Counted from the first letter of the stretch, positions 12,454-25,619 are shown. The stretch: 64,000 nt of DNA from Octopus bimaculoides (GCF_001194135.2 NC_068984.1:66520509-66584508), one strand, 5' to 3'. The notes: generated by a model not told the origin, from the sequence alone. A program made the numbers and translations.

Positions 12454-12618
12454 AGTGGTTGGCATTAGGAAGGGCATCCAGCTGTAGAAACTCTGCCAAA
12501 TCAGATTGGAGCCTGGTGTTGCCATCCGGTTTCACCAGTCCTCAGTCAAATCGTCCAACCCATGCTAGCATGGAAGGCGGACATTAAACGATGATGATGA
12601 TGATGATGATGATGATGA
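12454..12618 (+). mobile_element. SINE family B tail
   Basis: gtggttggcattaggaagggcatccagctgtagaaactctgcc...catggaaggcggacattaaacg(atg)n. Confidence 0.9.
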
Positions 12619-14094
12619 TATATATATATATATATATATAAGAAATAATTGAGATTTAGTTGAATTAGGTACCTAAATGGAAGCACCATGTCAGTCTAGT
12701 ATTATCTGCACAGCTTGAAGTAAGGTGAATAAAATCAAAATAAGCTACAGATACCCCCAAGAAACTATAAAATCATACATACAATAGTACCTGTAACATT
12801 GCAACTTATAAAATCTCTCCAGTCTAAATACCTTTAACTGCTCTCACTGCTTCCATACTTATTACCTCTTTTTATTGAGTTACCTTTATCTCGTCCCTAC
12901 ATCTAATTTTAATCACCTGTCTCTTTATATGTAGGCTATATATATTTCTTATTATTTTCTATAAATTCTTATTATTTTGTTTTCATATTTTGATATCCTT
13001 ACTTATTAACCTCTTAACCCTTATAAATTGTTATTTTTCTTGTTCTTAAATATATATTTTTCAGTTACTTCAGTCTATGCAAGATATTTATACTACATCC
13101 GTATAAACGTATAAATATTTGTATATGTGTATAGATGCATATATGCAAATATAAATGTGTGTGTATCTATATGCATCTTTACATTTTTCTGATTCATGGT
13201 ATAAAATTAATAGATAGCATGTGCATCTTTCCAGTTATTCCATAAGTAAATGCTCTGAGCAGTCTTTATAGAAATCACCTAATAAGTAATTAATTAAGTA
13301 CATGAATGAATATTAAATCGATTCTATGTAATCTTTCATTTTTAATGTTTATAATTGATATATACACACCGTTTTATCTATTTTGGTTATCATATCACTT
13401 TTGAAATTCTGAAATTTTATTTTTATACAACATAACAATATTGTTTATAAGCAATTACTCACAGTGCCCCTAAATAGAATTTCCTCTCTATTCACATCTT
13501 AGGTTTTTTAGCATCTTGCCCCTTTAACTGTTAATTTACATCTTGATTTAAAGTCTAACCCTACCCTGCCTCTTTTTATACACAGTTACTTATATCCAAC
13601 TGACTACTCCTAATGTCTTATTTCCTCCCTGAGCAAAAGGAATACATATGATAATATTTATGACCATACCTAGCCATGAGCTGTCAACTCACTCTTGTCC
13701 TTTATTCAAAATAGACAAAGTTTTTTAGTCTTAGATTTAGTAGTTGATATAGAGATAAATGAATTAGAAATGAATTACAATTCTTTACAACACTATGATC
13801 CACTGTGCTCCATGTGATTTTTAGAAGTGTAATCTATTCCTAGCTACAACAGTGACAACATGAATTTCTTCCATCTCTTGCTTTATTAAAATATTTGAGA
13901 AAAATTATATTAATGTGTCCAACTTGTTAAAATTCCATTTATTTATTTGTGCAGCTGAAGATGGCACTGCATTTAAATTGATGTAATGATTGCATTGTTC
14001 AATTAAATGGAGTCACTTGAAACAGTTGTACTGCACTGCTACTTGATATACTGTTGTTTATTTTGATTATATATATATATAAACACATGCAATG

Positions 14095-14232
14095 CAAGCA
14101 TAGCTCTGAAAATAAGTAGTTTGCGTCCCAACCATGGTTTCAGGTTCAGTCCCAGTGGGCAAGTATCTTTTGCTCAAGCCTTGGCTGACCAAAATCTTGT
14201 GAGTAAATTTGATTGATGGGGAGTGAAAGAAA
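14095..14232 (+). mobile_element. SINE family A, degenerate head and core
   Basis: ccaaccatggtttcaggttcagtcccagtgggcaagtatc...gaccaaaatcttgtgagt. Confidence 0.75.
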
Positions 14233-14479
14233 CTTATTACATATAAAAGCATCCTCTGTGTTATGGTTACCCCAGCTTATGGAATTTCACACTTGTGTAA
14301 ATTGTAAAGTGTTTTCATTAATTTCAGGATACAATCTATAATTTTGACTTGATGGAAACAGATAAATTTTAAGAATTTCAAAACTTCACTTTCACGTTAG
14401 CTGCAAGGCTGCTTCTCGGCATTTTAGCTAACACCAAATTAGTTAACAATTTGAAAAAAAACTATAATCATAATATATA

Positions 14480-14543
<64 letters not shown>

Positions 14544-15244
14544 TATAAGCACGTATGGAATGTGAGTTGAAATTAATCACTATGAATATTTGTGCATGTT
14601 TATGTATATATTCTTTTTTCAAAATGAATATCTATCTATCTATCTATCTATCTAGCTATCTAAATCAATCTTCGCCACTATCACTATCTATCACACTGAG
14701 CTATACGAAGTGATGATGCATAGATATCAAACAATTTGGAATAATTTCTTCCTCCTCTTTCTCCCAGCTGCTCTCATTTCACTATCACTATCTCTCACAT
14801 AATAATAATACATCTTTTGTGGTAAGAATGTATAATGGGTATCCTTATAAAAGAGGGCTGCACAGAAACACCTCACATCTTGATGATGGTTGAGATTGGA
14901 TGGAAACATTGGTAATGATGAATTTTAGATTGGAATTTTATTTTCCCAAGTGAACTATAAAGCTCTGATAATGCACAAATGGGAAAGCATTAATAAAAAT
15001 AGATTGAATAGTAAAATGATATTGGTCATTCTTATTTTGTTCCCAGGTTTATAGTTCTGTGGTATGTTGTTAACAAGGAGGTTCTTATCAGATTGTTTTT
15101 GTAATATATTATTAATACCTGTGCAGGTAGCATGTAAAAAGCACCTTTCAAGCGTTGGGCCTCACGGAGGCAATGACAAATTACTAAGACTTTTGGAAAT
15201 ATGCTGTGCTTTAGTAGACAACCCATCAAACCAAGTGAAATTGT

Positions 15245-15475
15245 AGTTGTAACAGATACTGGTGCCATGCAACTGGAACTGATGTCAGTGGCATGTAAAA
15301 GCACTCATTACACTCTTGGAGTGGTTAGCATTAAGAAAGGCATCCAGCTATAGAAACCATGCCAAATCAGACTGGAGTCTGGTGTAGCCCCTCAGCTTAC
15401 CAGCTCTCGATGGACCATCCAACCCATGCCAACATGGACAATGGATGTTAAATAATGATGGTGATGATGATGAGT
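15245..15475 (+). mobile_element. SINE family B
   Basis: gtggcatgtaaaagcactc...ggttagcattaagaaaggcatccagc...aacccatgccaacatggacaatggatgttaaat. Confidence 0.85.
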
Positions 15476-16177
15476 ACCAGCTTATGGTTTTGTGATGCAT
15501 TCTGATTTTGTTTTATGGAGTTTTTGAATGTTTGTTCATCTGTTCTGTACCTTGTATGTATTTGATTCATATAAAAGAATTCTTGTGAAATATGTGTTTT
15601 TTATTTTAAGAGTACTGTCTAATGTATTTATTGACTATACTTTTGTCTATATTTATCAGTAGCATGGGATATATCTCTTGTTAATTAGTAGTCTTTTGGG
15701 ATATATCTCTTGCTAATTAGTGATTTTTTTATTTTGTAGATTGTTTTTTTATCTAGTATTTTTAATTGTGGAAGAGAATTTAAATTCTCCCCTAAGTGAT
15801 GAATTTACTTCCAACATTTTGCAGGTATGTGGGCATTCTGTAGCTCCAGTAGGTGTATGTATTTGTTTGTCATTTATGTTAACTGACATAATGCATCTAT
15901 AGTTTTTAATCTGAACAATAATGTCTAGATCATGAGTCTTATATCAGTATTGTTTTGTGTGTTAAATCTAAGTACTGAGTTGTTTGTTCTTTATCGCTGT
16001 CTCAATATCTTTCAATGTGTCCCTTGCAACTATCCTTTCATTTATGTATTTAATGCATGCATTTGTTTATTGGTATTGTTTTCTACTGTAGATTGATAGA
16101 ATATGGTGAAAGTGAGTCCTAGAGGAGAAATCATTGCTACTCCATCACTTTATATACATACCTTGGTGTACAAGTTA

Positions 16178-16304
16178 CTAATAGCATGGTTCTGGGTCCA
16201 TTCCCACTGTGTGACACCTTGGGCAAGTGTCTTCTACTATAACCTTGGGCCAACCAAAGCCTTGTGAATGGATTTGGTAGATGGAAACTGAAAGAAGCCC
16301 AGCG
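16178..16304 (+). mobile_element. SINE family A core
   Basis: catggttctgggtccattcccactgtgtgacaccttgggcaagtgtcttctactataaccttgggccaaccaaagccttgtgaatggatttggtagatggaaactgaaagaagccc. Confidence 0.88.
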
Positions 16305-16883
16305 TATATATANNNNNNNNNNNNNNNNNNNNNNNNNNNNNNNNNNNNNNNNNNNNNNNNNNNNNNNNNNNNNNNNNNNNNNNNNNNNNNNNNNNNNNNN
16401 NNNNNNNNNNNNNNNNNNNNNNNNNNNNNNNNNNNNNNNNNNNNNNNNNNNNNNNNNNNNNNNNNNNNNNNNNNNNNNNNNNNNNNNNNNNNNNNNNNNN
16501 NNNNNNNNNNNNNNNNNNNNNNNNNNNNNNNNNNNNNNNNNNNNNNNNNNNNNNNNNNNNNNNNNNNNNNNNNNNNNNNNNNNNNNNNNNNNNNNNNNNN
16601 NNNNNNNNNNNNNNNNNNNNNNNNNNNNNNNNNNNNNNNNNNNNNNNNNNNNNNNNNNNNNNNNNNNNNNNNNNNNNNNNNNNNNNNNNNNNNNNNNNNN
16701 NNNNNNNNNNNNNNNNNNNNNNNNNNNNNNNNNNNNNNNNNNNNNNNNNNNNNNNNNNNNNNNNNNNNNNNNNNNNNNNNNNNNNNNNNNNNNNNNNNNN
16801 NNNNNNNNNNNNNNNNNNNNNNNNNNNNNNNNNNNNNNNNNNNNNNNNNNNNNNNNNNTATATATATATACATATATATATAC

Positions 16884-16914
<31 letters not shown>

Positions 16915-17289
16915 CAGAGAGAGACAGATTATTTTATATAATTTCTAGTGTTTCCACAACTGGAATGTTAGTGAAAAGAGTTTCCACATCTGGGTACCAA
17001 TTTCATTGGTTTCTTGTAAAACATTTCTTGATTCTTTGGATGATCTGATACTATAATTCTCTTGTATGTATTTTGTGATAATTTCATCTAATTTCATCCA
17101 TTTTTTGTTTTTGGTGATTTTATATGTGGGATACATTCATTCATGATTTATGGGTCAGAAGGGAGTTTTTTTGTTTGTGTATTTTTATTGCACCACACGC
17201 ACATGCACACACACACACAAACACACACACATAGTTTGGCAGGGGTGTTTTGTTTATTGTACAATATATGTGCGTGTGCATGTGTGTGT

Positions 17290-17488
17290 ATGCCAGTAGC
17301 ATGTAAAATGCACCCAGTACTCTCTCTTAAGTGGTTGGCATTAGGAAGGGTATCCAGCTATAGAAAGCATGCCACAGCAGACAGTTGGAGATTGGAATCT
17401 GGATAGCTCCCTACTAGCCAGCTCCATGTGAAACCATCCAACCCATGCCAGCATGGAAAGTGGACATTAAACAATGATGATGATGGTG

Positions 17489-17492
<4 letters not shown>
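17290..17492 (+). mobile_element. SINE family B
   Basis: gtagcatgtaaaatgcaccc...gtggttggcattaggaaggg...ccatccaacccatgccagcatggaaagtggacattaaac. Confidence 0.85.
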
Positions 17493-17565
<73 letters not shown>

Positions 17566-17869
17566 TTATATATATGTATATATGAATTCTTTTTTGATGT
17601 GGAGAAAGTACAGTGATTTGATTTGTGTGTTTATCACTGATTTTATTTATATTGATTTTTGTTATTGAGTTTGTCTCTTTGGATCTTTGTAAACCTGCTT
17701 ATATATTTAAGTAACTCATTGATTTGTCTCTGTATGTGATTATGAGCATACTGCTTTTGTCATCCTTGCGTATTTTTATATGGTTATTATATTTTATGTT
17801 GTGTAGAACTTGTTTGATCTATAATACTCTAATGTTTAAATTCTGGTGGTAAAATTGGTATAAATATAA

Positions 17870-18060
17870 GGTACCCACTACAGAAAAGTGCTGTGAAGAA
17901 GTCAAAACCACTTCACGTTCTGAAGATGAGACAGAAGTAGACTGGAAACCTAGATAAAGATGGGAACTTTGTTGTTTCAAATTAACTATAAATATCTGAG
18001 AGAATGCTCATAAAAATGATTGAATTAGAACATAGTCATGTTTCAAATACAACTTTAAAA
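17870..18060 (+). pseudogene. Possible decayed Tigger/pogo-type N-terminal HTH fragment
   Basis: Stop-interrupted frame KSKPLHVLKMRQK*TGNLDKDGNFVVSN*L*ISERMLIKMIE loosely resembles a psq/CENP-B-type HTH start. Weak. Confidence 0.18.
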
Positions 18061-18439
18061 GGCTTTTCCCAATATATATATATGCAAGTGTGTATAGATA
18101 CATATATGTATATATGTATGCATATATATATAAAAGAAGTTATTTGTATATATTTGTAAAGTGATTCTGCTAAAAGGCTAAATGGCAGCATAGTGAAATT
18201 ACCCCTAAAGAATCAATTGTCATTTTTCTTCTATTGCTTAGTATTAAATAGAAAAATTCTTATTGAAATTTCCAAAGTCTCCATGTCTAGACAGAAATTA
18301 TCCATGAAGCTAGTATCCAATAATATACATTGGTTTTATTGCCACAATTTAATCTTATAAATGAATGTACATCTTTTTCTTCCCTTTCTTCTATGATACT
18401 TGTTCAAGAAGTAGGGCATTGAGTTAGTAGAGTTGGAGA

Positions 18440-18800
18440 TCATCATCGTTATCTTTATCACTATCATCATCAACTTTTAATGTCTGTTTTCATGCTGGCA
18501 TGGGTTGGATGGTTTTATAGGATGTGCTGAATTGGAGGATCTGTGTTGGGCTCCAATGTCTGCTTTGGCATGATTTCTATGGTCAGATGCTTATCCTAAC
18601 CTATTTATACAGTATACAAGGCAGTTAAACTGCCACTTTACATGGTATACTGGGTGGTTTTCTCGTGGCACTAGGACTTGTGACTCAACAAAGTCCTAGA
18701 AACTTGGAAGACTAAACAGTTCCCACCACTGAGTGGTAGTATGGTAGGGAAGGAGGCAGCTTTATGCGAGGTGTTAAGAGGTTAATGTATGATTGAAAGG
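18440..18800 (-). mobile_element. SINE family B, degenerate
   Basis: tttaatgtctgttttcatgctggcatgggttggatggttt...atgtctgctttggcatg. Confidence 0.75.
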
Positions 18801-19500
18801 ACAGCCTTTCAGAATTTTAGATTGTCTTCTAACTACTGGTTTCACAACTTAGTGACTTCAACTTTGCCATTCATCATTTCAGGATTGATACATTTAATGC
18901 TATATTTATTTGAAGTCATTTTAACGAAATTGCATGAATAATAACAGAACAGTTACTGATTGAGTAACTCAAGTCTAAAGTAGTTAAATCTATTTTGAAA
19001 TATAAAATTCGTTTCGCCTGGGGCAGCTTATATTTATATGCATATGTATGTGTATAGGTACCTTATCTGTCTGTCTGTCTATCTATAAATTAATTATTAA
19101 TGGTAACTTGAATAACATATGTGTCCCACAAGCTCCTTTGGGCTTTTAAGGGCGATTGTATTGCTTCAGTTTCTTGCAATTGTATAGATGGGATCCAGAT
19201 CCAACTTTTGATGGAACATTAGAATTTCCAGAATATCTGGTACCTGTTTCGATATGTGACCTGGAACTGTTTAAAATTAAGATTACCATCAACCGTCTCT
19301 GATATAAAAAGTAATATCTGCATTTGATTTGAATTGAAACCCTTTCAACTTGTAGTCTTATAGTTCAATGAAGGAGCCTCAGACTGCTAGAAATACTAAC
19401 TGAATCTCCATTAAATCAAATTCTGCTATCAAAATAGAAGCCAGAGCAAATTTATTACTGTAGTCTAAAATACGCTTTACCTGAAAATAGGAAGGCCATC

Positions 19501-19885
19501 TTTTACTTTTTATCTTTTATTTGTTTCAGTCATTGAACTGTGGTCATGCTGGGACACTAGCTTGAAGGGTTTTGGTTGAACAAATCAACCCCAATACTTA
19601 TTCTAGTCTGGTACTTATTCTATTTGTCTCTTTTGCCAAACTGCTAAGTTATGGAGATGTGAACAAACCGACACTGGATGTCAAATTGTGGTGAAGGGCA
19701 AATAGAAATACACTCACACACGATGACCTTCTTTTGATTTCTGCCTACCAAATCCAATTGCAAGGCTTTGGTCTGCCCTGCCTGAGGCTATAGTTGAAGG
19801 CACTTATCTTAGGTGCCCTGCAGGGGGACTGAACCCAAAACCATGTGGTTGGGATGAAAACTGGTCACCACACAGTGTCATGGCT
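19501..19885 (-). mobile_element. SINE family A, full length
   Basis: ttgtttcagtcattgaactgtggtcatgctgg ... gggactgaacccaaaaccatgtggttgg...accacacag. Confidence 0.88.
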
Positions 19886-20201
19886 GAAATGCCTTCACTG
19901 TAGGCCTGCTCACTCAGCACTGACCAGGTTATAAGCCACAGCAACAACTAGTAGTCTCATGCCATATTTTGGTTCTATTAATTGCATTGATAATTTTATG
20001 GTGGGTCCAGTCATGTACAGCCTTTCTCAATAGAATTTCGAAGCTGGTATTAAGTTGTTTGATGTTGCTTAACCTTAGATGTTTCCTTAACAATGAGACT
20101 TTTGATCAAACATGTTCCAAGTTCTGACCATTCTATCTTTTCAGACATAGTTTATCTGATATCCAATGTTCCTTTCCTTGTCTTTTCTTAAAAATGTTGT
20201 G

Positions 20202-20424
20202 TAATTCTTTTGATACCAACACACCTGAAACCACCTCCGGTTCTATGACAAACTTACTGTCTTAAAGTGCTTTAAATTATAATCTTCCATCAAAAGTTTA
20301 TGCTAATTTGTTCCAGATCCTAGCTTGATAATGATAAAGATATTTTAATAAATTCTTCATTATCTTCAAAATTAATTGAAACAAAAGCAGCATATGTTGA
20401 CAGAAATATGATAACAAAAGGGGG
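20202..20424. mobile_element. piggyBac-type MITE family 2, degenerate
   Basis: ttttgataccaacacacctgaaaccacc...aaattcttcattat...acagaaatatgataacaaaaggg; homologous to 34353-34596. Confidence 0.65.
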
Positions 20425-21371
20425 CAAAGAGTGATTTGAGAGCAATTTAGCTGCTATTTCTATCGGGTCAGATGACTATGAGGGATCTCCTTATTTGCTC
20501 ATCATCACCAAGTGTAACACCTTTGTGCAGAGTGACAGAGGTTATGTCAATAGCATGGAATTTTCATTATATTGAAAATTAATTAAAATACTTAGGTATT
20601 CATCTCATTAGAAATATAATCACGAAAGGGCTAACAAGGAATCATACAGCTTAATTTCTTAACCAAATTACTTTATGCTAATGATTAGAAAAGATACAAA
20701 GTTCTTAGAGCACAACTGGGATATATCCTTGAATCTGAGTAAATGAGAAAGCTTTTACATGTTTGCTTGAGTTACTGCTAGAGATAACAGCCTAATTTCC
20801 ATCAAATTACTCACTTAACATGTTGAACAGAGGAAGTGTATATCTTTAGACTACATTGTATAATGTAGTCCTAGATACATACACCCTGAGAGAAAAAGAC
20901 TATCATCATCACTGGAATTCCTTTGATCATGGTTCTGTTTAATTAGGGATGATATAAATCTAAACGAAGACATCATTAGCATTCTTAGATGAAAATGAAA
21001 TTGTCAAATAACATTTAGCTGTAGGGTTACCACTGAATATTTTGCTATCTTTATGTTGTACACAAAGGAAGAATCAGCCTGGAACACTCCATTTTATTCC
21101 AGACTATTAGTTTCAGTTGTAAATTGTCCAACACAGGAATGAAAGAAATTATATCAACAAGAAGCTGAAATTACATCGAATCACTGACAAAGTCTCTATT
21201 CAGTTACTTGTTTGGTTGCTAGAAATACAACCACGTCTTCATCTGATTACCCCATCCTGCCTTAAAAAAGGAATGACACAATGTATGATGTAGTAGTGGT
21301 AGTAACAGAGTACTGTCTTGAGTTTTAAGGCTGGTTATCTAGTTTTCATGGTGTATAAGTGACTGAGATCA

Positions 21372-21558
21372 CAACATGGCCCCTTAATGGGATGGTAGCC
21401 CATTGCAGGTTTACTCATTTATAGCTGAGTGGATTGATGTCATGTGAAATGAAGGGTTTTTCCTCAAGAATATAACACATCACCTGATTCCAGAAACTGA
21501 AACCATGAACTTGCAAATGTGAATGCATCACCCCCACCATTCGACCACATGCCTTCAC
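21372..21558 (-). mobile_element. SINE family D, degenerate
   Basis: actcatttatagctgagtggattg...gtgaaatgaagggtttttcctcaagaa...aaaccatgaacttgc, homologous to 55915-56050. Confidence 0.7.
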
Positions 21559-21917
21559 AATACACGATCTAGCACATAGAAAATGGGGTGGGTATGACTG
21601 GCATGTCTTTGATCATAGTTTGCTGAATTAGAACTGACCTTGGGCTAAGCAACATGCTCTTACATCTTGGGTTAAGTTGATATTTTCGTTGATTTAAGGA
21701 GTGTATAAAGCCAAGTACTTAAATCTAGTTTTAGTGGTGTTGTAAAAGGTGAATCCGATTTTTCCCTTTGACAGTGTAATCAAGTGTGAAAATGAATGAA
21801 ATAAAAGACAATCTAAATAACATTATTTCTGGCCAAAAATAATGCTGACTGACTTTCTGCTAGCATTTCCTTCAATGTAGGAAGCCTGCATAAGAAAGCC
21901 TAATTAGTTTCAGAAGG

Positions 21918-22140
21918 AAGTCATTATTATCATCATTATTTAACATCCTTTGTCCGTACTGGCATGTGTTGGATGGCTGGACAGGAACTAGCAAGTCAGA
22001 AGATTGCATCAAAACTTGCTGTCTGCTATGGCATGGTTTCTTTTGAAAGATGACCTTCCTAATGTCAACCACTTTATAGAGTGTACTGGATGCTTTTTAT
22101 GTGGTACCAACAGCAGTAGGTTCACCAAATAACTTGCTAG
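21918..22140 (-). mobile_element. SINE family B
   Basis: atttaacatcc...ctggcatgtgttggatggctggacagg...ccttcctaatgtcaaccactttatagagtgtactggatgc. Confidence 0.8.
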
Positions 22141-22502
22141 GCAGGAGTCCTCAACTGAGATGTGTGTAGTAATGAGGGACAAAAAAGGAGTCTTGCCTTA
22201 GAAGGGCTACCTCAGGTGAGTGAAAATGGAGAGAGAGAGAACACAACTTTCTCTGGAGACTTGGTATCTATTCCAAACAGCTAGATCAACTAAAGTATGT
22301 AAAATACAGTGTTTGTTCATAAAGATGTGACAAAATACCCTTGACAGATTTGAACCCATAAACTATGAGTTATATTTCAATATTTAAAGCATGTGACTAT
22401 TTTTCACCACTAGATTTAAGAGAAATACCCTCCAGAATATCATTTAAATAAAATTTCAAAAGGTTTTGAACTGCCTTCATGCTGTCAATATACTGCTGTA
22501 AC

Positions 22503-22690
22503 AAAGTGGAGAGCTGGCAGAATCATCTGTCTTAATGCTTTGAGTTCAAATGCCACGGAGGCTGACTTTGCCTTTCATCCTTCTGGGATGATAAAATAAG
22601 TACCAGCTGAACACTGGTGTCAATGTAATTGAGTTCCCCCCACCCCACAAAAAAAACTGCTGGCATTGTGACAAAATTTGAAATCAATAT
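22503..22690 (+). mobile_element. SINE family C
   Basis: gtggagagctggcagaatc...gagttcaaatgccacggaggctgactttgcctttcatccttctgggatgataaaataagtaccagc...gtgacaaaatttgaaatc. Confidence 0.85.
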
Positions 22691-22733
22691 ACTATAGTTA
22701 CAAGTTAAAGTAAATAGGAAGGAATTTCAACCA

Positions 22734-23181
22734 TGTTTCGTGGTCTGCTACCACAACAGATACTTTATAGGATCCAGTTAGCTCAAGACATCATCAGGAG
22801 GAACCACGTCCGGTTTCGGCCCCTACTCCTCTACCGTTCTGACATGGTGCCCCCACCCCACTTTCAGAGGTGTCTTCAGCTCTGGTGTTGGGTGCATGTC
22901 TTCTTTCTTCTATTCCCTGGCCTCTTCCATGCAGCATCAATGAGTGTCAGCATCCAACTGACTGTCTTGTCAAATTCCCCTTTTTTATACCTGCTGCTAG
23001 GCTCCAGCAGGCTGCCCCAGCAAGTTGTCACTTGACACTGTCTAATTTCCTGCTGCTAGGGTCCAGTAGGCAGCCCCAGCAAGTTGTCACATGACACTGT
23101 CTAAACTTCCTGCTGCTAGGCTCCAGCAAGCAGCCCCAGCAAGTTGTCAAGTGACACTATGTGCTCTGGTTTCAGATTACA
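22734..23181 (-). mobile_element. Unclassified GC-rich element (solo-LTR-like or PLE-terminal-like) with 3 x ~60 bp repeats upstream of a TATA box
   Basis: Visibly more GC-rich than its flanks. Minus strand: TGTAAT..., three 59-60 bp repeats, TATAAAAAAGGGG, ...GAAACA. No matching TSD was found. Confidence 0.4.
22990..23158. repeat. Minisatellite, ~2.8 copies of a 59-60 bp unit
   Basis: Units start at 22990, 23049 and 23109: cctgctgctaggctccagcaggctgccccagcaagttgtcacttgacactgtctaattt. Confidence 0.95.
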
Positions 23182-24110
23182 TACACTGTGTCTGCATGTG
23201 ATAATAGATGACTAAAAGGGTGGCCACAAAAAGGGCATAGGGGTATAGGGGCATGGCCCACTGCCTCAGAAAACCAGTCCAATCCATATCAGCATGGAAA
23301 ATCAGATGTAAAGTGCTGTTGATGATGATAAATACACAGAATGCTATTGTTTAGTCCAAGTCTATTCCAGCTCAAACAGACCTATGATCAAAAGCTTTCC
23401 AGTTGTGACCATCCCTTATTCCAGTTCAACATCTCCTTCCTTAAAATGGTTAAATGTGATTTAGTAGATCTGGTTGTAATTTCTAGCAGGTTGAGAAACC
23501 CTGTTATGGCTCATTCATTGGTTTGGTAATATACAGGTTATAATATTCAGATTTCTAATTGTTTGATATATTATCATTATATCTTGTAAAGTATTCTATG
23601 GTTTTGATGAGAGATTGATAAACAGAATGTAAAAATTTGATTTTTACATCAGATTAAAACATTATGTTAAAAATAAATATAATGTGAAAACATCTGGGTT
23701 GTGAAATTGAAATTGATTAACAGCACCATTATAATATATAAACTATATATAATATAATATAATATAATATAATATAATATATATAAAAAATTTGCTTTTA
23801 GGTTTTTAGAAGCTTTAAGTCTTTTGAAGCTTGGTGTGTTCATGTATGTAGTTGATTGACTTTGGCACCGACGTCCTGCTACATTATCATTATTATTGCT
23901 TCATCTAATACTGATTTTATTCCACAAGCTTTCTCTTTAACAGTCTTTCTCACTTCTATTTTCTGTAACAAATGTTTCATTATACATACTTTAGTCATCA
24001 GAAGCATTCATATCATCTTTGCAACTATCCATTACTCTATTCTATATATTTTTACTGCATTTACATTAGACCTATAGTCCCCTCTTATTAGTCTATGTTT
24101 TGCTTTGCAG

Positions 24111-24226
24111 ACTTTGATCTATCTATAAATGTTCAAAGTGGACACCAGTGTAGCATCGATCTCTCTCCAATGATGGAGAGTCTACAAAAAACGATGGACA
24201 CTCCTCTCCCTTCTTCTGATGATTAA
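24111..24226 (+). CDS. Candidate terminal exon of an unidentified gene
   Basis: tttgctttgcag| then (D)FDLSINVQSGHQCSIDLSPMMESLQKTMDTPLPSSDD*. No homology recognised. Confidence 0.2.
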
Positions 24227-24339
24227 CTTCTGTTTTTTTTTTCTTTTTTTTTTTTTTGAATGTCAACTTTAGTTTTCATACTATCTTGTTAGGTAATGAC
24301 TGAAAATATCTGTTTAAAAGAAAACCATCCAAGGCAGTC

Positions 24340-24745
24340 GTTGTCATCATCATTATCATCATCATTATCCTTCTCCTTTTCCTCTTCCTTCTTCTTCTCC
24401 TCCTCCTCACCATTACCACCATTTAATGCTTGTTTTCCATTCTGGCATGGGTTGGATGGTTTGACAGGAGAAAGCAAGCCACAGGACTGTGCCAGGCTCT
24501 ACTATTTACCATGGTTTCGATGTCCAGATGCTCTTCTTAATGACAACAACATTTCATACTGTACTGGCTGCATTTTTTCGTGGCACTAGTACTAGCACAG
24601 TCACCTTTTCGCTTGCAAGACAAGGACCATTCAGTTGAGAGGAAGAGTAATATTAAGGAAGGTAGCTTTATGCTAAATGATGAGAGGTTAAAGTACGATA
24701 GAAAGATAGGAACAGGTGTCTTACTGTAGAGTGCGATGATGTAAT
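24340..24745 (-). mobile_element. SINE family B, long-tail variant
   Basis: ccatttaatgcttgttttccattctggcatgggttggatggtttgacagg...ggtagctttatgctaaatgatgagaggttaaagtacgatag. Confidence 0.8.
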
Positions 24746-25619
24746 CACATATATTAACAAACAGTTGATGCACTTGAGCCACTTTCTAAGCCTTTACACA
24801 GTTGTTTGATCTGCTACAAATAACAGCCAAATCTCTCTTAAATGTCACTGCGGCAGATTAAGAAAGGGGAATTGCATAGTAGGTAATACAATCAAAAATC
24901 CCCTGAAAGAAAATATATAATGGTTATAGTAATGGTTATCTCCAAAATGTTTTTAACCATAGGTTTTCTTGTTCTGGTTTGATCTGGAGCTAAACAACAT
25001 CAGTTGATACACATGCATTTGTGTTATACATGTCAGGTACTTTACAGTATAGTATTTCATTTTCTACTCCTGGACACATTGAACTAAAATAAGGGATGGT
25101 CACTACTGGAAAGTCTTTGATCAAGTTTCTTTGTATTCATCATGATACTCATCCTCAGCGACAACAGCAGTATTTTACTTCTGATTTTCCGTGCTGATAT
25201 GAAATGGATTGGTTATGTTTTAAGATAATGATTTCTGGCCGTATGCATTTTCTATGGCCAACGTCTTTAGTCATATCTTACAACATGTAGAGAGACACAG
25301 TGTACATAATTTAAAACCAAAGACACATACAGTATTAGTGACCATATTATTTTCAAGCTGTTGAGAGCTTATAATAATCATGTCATACGAGTCAAAAACA
25401 TTTATAAGTATAAATATAAGAAGAGTATATTCACACTGAGGTCAATAGTTACATTTGGCTTCTTTTTATACTTTGAAGGAAATGTATTCCCCAGTATACA
25501 TAACAACGATTTTCTATTGAATATTTATGATTCTAATATCCATCAATATTCACAGATGCCTCAAACTCATCATTGTTAAACATCCTATGAGTAGACTTTC
25601 TATCTTTTGTTGCTGTGTA

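Noticed and set aside
2657-12535. Long ORFs of 180-370 aa in the ORF track (also at 16.2-17.0, 31.5-32.2, 51.5-52.0 and 61.3-62.6 kb)
   Set aside because: They consist of X runs from gaps plus IY/HT/CV dipeptide repeats from microsatellites.
15666-15721. 24-bp direct repeat gggatatatctcttg(t/c)taattagt
   Set aside because: A simple two-copy slippage duplication with no further structure.
660-19239. Further + strand candidate exons: 660-714, 4897-4924, 13955-13982, 14771-14821, 15740-15824 and 19188-19239 (e.g. WDPDPTFDGTLEFPEYL)
   Set aside because: All are short, cannot be chained unambiguously and have no recognisable homology; they are within chance expectation.
22744-22753. TGGTAGCAGA on the minus strand as a tRNA-iMet primer-binding site
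   Set aside because: The match is only 10 nt, it is not preceded by a CA LTR end and no gag/pol follows.
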